Below, in pieces: positions 61,882 through 64,000 of a stretch of DNA of 64,000 nt. This stretch comes from an uncultured delta proteobacterium. GTDB lineage: Bacteria; Myxococcota_A; Polyangia; Fen-1088. The notes beneath the pieces are model-generated. The model was not told the DNA's origin. It saw only the letters and a program-made list of their open reading frames with translations, and ran no database searches. Each line of letters begins with the position of its first letter. Positions within the stretch are counted from its first letter, which is position 1. The stretch is from NCBI GenBank assembly GCA_963796685.1, contig CAWCMR010000008.1:640001-704000 (forward strand), written 5' to 3'. The position numbers were made by a program, and so were the translations under genes.

Positions 61882-62948
61882 GGCTTGCCGACCAGGATGG
61901 TAGGCTCCACGCTCATCCCGATGCGCAACACCGGCAACACCGGATCGACGCCCGAGGGGGTGAAGGTGATCTTGACGGGAATCCGCTGCACCACTTTGAC
62001 GAAGTTGCCGGTGGCGTTCTCTGGAGGAATCAGACTGAAGGCCGCCCCGGTGCCGGCCATGATGCTGTCCACGCACCCATGCAGGTCGACACCCGGATAG
62101 GTGTCGACGTGGAGGGTGACCTTCTGGCCCACGCGCACCTGGGTCAAATCGGTCTCCTTGTAGTTGGCGGTCACGTAGAGGCCATCGAGAGGAACGATGG
62201 CAAACAGGGGCTGTCCCGGGGCGATTGTCTGCCCCACCTCGACCTGTCTGCGCGTGACCACCCCGCGGACCGGTGCCCGGATGGTCGCGTAACCGAGCTC
62301 CAGCTTGGCCTTGGCCGCCTTCGCCTCGGCCAACGCAACGTCGGCCCGCTCGCCCTTGGGCCCGGGCGCACCCAGCTCCGCCATGACCTCTCGGACGTGG
62401 CGATCGGCCGCCAACATTTGCTCCCGGAGCGACTGCCAACGTGAATAGGCTTGGTCGAAGTCGGCCTTGGTCACTGCGTTCGCTCGAACGAGCATGGTCG
62501 CACGCCCCTTTTGTTTTTCGGCGTACGAGACCTGTGCCTGCAGACTGGACGCCTGCGCCCTGACGGCCGAGGCCGATTCGATCTGCGCCGCCACCCGATT
62601 CCTTACCGAAGCGAGGTTCGCCTGAGCGATGAGCACGTCGGTCTCGAGGTCGCCGGTATCGAGCTTCATCAGGATCTGCCCGGCCTCGACCTCTTGGTTG
62701 TCGTCCACCAAGAGCTCCGCTATCTCTCCCGGGATGCGCGACGTGACGTAATGGACATGTCCATCGATGAAAGCATCCTGCGTGGTGACGTGGGTGCTGC
62801 GGTAGTGAAGATAGACTGGGATACCTATGACCAGCCCCGCGGCCACCACGAGAATGAGCAAGCCGAGGATCCACTTTCTGCGTTGGTTCGGGGGACGAGC
62901 CTGGGGAGGGACGCCTTGCTTCGGTGGAGTCTGCTCGCCGTTGCTCAT
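61878..62948 (-). CDS. HlyD/EmrA family periplasmic adaptor
   Basis: DAFI.G, V.DN..V..GQ, ANYKET, PPENATGNFVKVVQRIPV. Confidence 0.93.
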   Translation of the reverse strand: MSNGEQTPPKQGVPPQARPPNQRRKWILGLLILVVAAGLVIGIPVYLHYRSTHVTTQDAFIDGHVHYVTSRIPGEIAELLVDDNQEVEAGQILMKLDTGDLETDVLIAQANLASVRNRVAAQIESASAVRAQASSLQAQVSYAEKQKGRATMLVRANAVTKADFDQAYSRWQSLREQMLAADRHVREVMAELGAPGPKGERADVALAEAKAAKAKLELGYATIRAPVRGVVTRRQVEVGQTIAPGQPLFAIVPLDGLYVTANYKETDLTQVRVGQKVTLHVDTYPGVDLHGCVDSIMAGTGAAFSLIPPENATGNFVKVVQRIPVKITFTPSGVDPVLPVLRIGMSVEPTILVGKP

Positions 62949-63224
62949 GATGCACTCCACAGAAGCCCGCTGCTCGACCCGAGGCCTCGTCGGGCCAAAT
63001 GCCACCCCGACGCTGGCCGCGTCCCTGGCCCGGGTGCTTGCCCGGCATCCCGCGTTGCGTGGCTTGCTTTGCGTGCCTTACCACCCATCGTACGTTTAGA
63101 GGGCAGGTGCACCTACGATGGTTACATTGGAATGTCACCGAATCCGGCAGCGCCCCGCCGACGCTGTCCGCCGACGCGCTCCGTTGCCGGCCCTGAGCAA
63201 TCTCTTCCCTCTAGGAGGCTGGTG

Positions 63225-64000
63225 TTAAATGGCGAAGACCAGCAAGGCCTCTTCGCGAATGGTTCGCAGGTCGTCCCACAGCGAGGGCAGGGTCTGTGCG
63301 CTCAATCCGACGCGGACACCGTCGGGGGATTCGGCCAGGCGCTCGACCCAAGCCGAGTCCGCGTCGCAGCCTTGCCCGAGAAGCCAATCCACGACATCGG
63401 CCAGACGCAACAGATCGAGTGCCTGCGCGAATGCGCTCGCGCTACCCTGTCCGCCCTTGGGCTGATGGTGACACGCGATGAGCTGGGGAATGGGCTTGGG
63501 AATGTTCCACGACCAAAGCACGTGCGCCCCCAGCGTTGCATGATCGAATCCCCACAGTGCCTGTTCCCGCAGGTGCAGACTGCACGGCGAAAAATCTTGC
63601 GCGACCATGCTCGCATAAGAGGCCTCGCCGGTTTGGATGAGCAACAGCTTGCCGAAGTCGTGCAGCAGGCCCGCCAGAAAGACCTTGGACGACAGAGCCC
63701 CCGCATCGAAGCAAATGGCGAGCTCGCGAGCCACGGCCGCGGTTCCGGCCGAGTGATCGCGGATCTTCTGCCCGATGCCGCCTATGTCCTTGAAGAGCGT
63801 CATGGCCGACATGGCCATGGCCAGTCCACCGACGTGGGTCGCACCGATGCGGACGATGGCCTGCGCCACCGAGGCGCAGGGGCCGTGGGCGCGATAGGCG
63901 GCCGAGCTCGCCACGCGCATGATCCGCGCCGCCAGCGCGGGATCGCATTCGATCAGTCTGCGCACCTCGTCCAGATTGAAATCCGGGCAGGACACGTGAT
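63225..64000 (-). CDS. HDOD-domain protein; 5' end beyond window
   Basis: IECDPALAARIMR.A.S, QAIVRIG, HS...A, AGLLHDFGK, G.DH..LG. Confidence 0.88.
   Translation of the reverse strand, partial: HVSCPDFNLDEVRRLIECDPALAARIMRVASSAAYRAHGPCASVAQAIVRIGATHVGGLAMAMSAMTLFKDIGGIGQKIRDHSAGTAAVARELAICFDAGALSSKVFLAGLLHDFGKLLLIQTGEASYASMVAQDFSPCSLHLREQALWGFDHATLGAHVLWSWNIPKPIPQLIACHHQPKGGQGSASAFAQALDLLRLADVVDWLLGQGCDADSAWVERLAESPDGVRVGLSAQTLPSLWDDLRTIREEALLVFAI

Overview
High-GC bacterial chromosomal window. VegA-like and Cys/Gly-rich lipoproteins plus a large kinase-AAA protein suggest Myxococcota/Polyangia (inference). Housekeeping blocks flank both sides: purE-purD-purH, gltA, lipB and murA on the left; rhomboid, ribA, a Ser/Thr kinase, an EAL + MotA/MotB-like trio, a cobalamin riboswitch-btuB-cobT/cobS/cobU cluster and EmrAB on the right. 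Between them lies a ~17-kb accessory region (19.6-36.8 kb). Its core is an integrase-less integron cassette array with an attI-like start and 10 attC sites in three size classes. The cargo is defence-rich: a 3-gene C5 restriction-modification+Vsr cassette, three TA cassettes, two nucleases and a trypsin-like protease. One attC is split exactly at its AA|C core by a non-IIC-type group II intron, which itself carries an ISL3 element with an 8-bp TSD. The array ends in a zone of deletion junctions that produced two in-frame chimeras: group II intron RT fused to an IS3 DDE integrase core, and WYL-regulator HTH fused to a Cas3-like C-terminus. Three independent frameshifts are each repaired by removing one base to restore GAGCTC, suggesting a methylation-linked sequencing artefact. 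No intI, CRISPR array, tRNA or rRNA was recognised.
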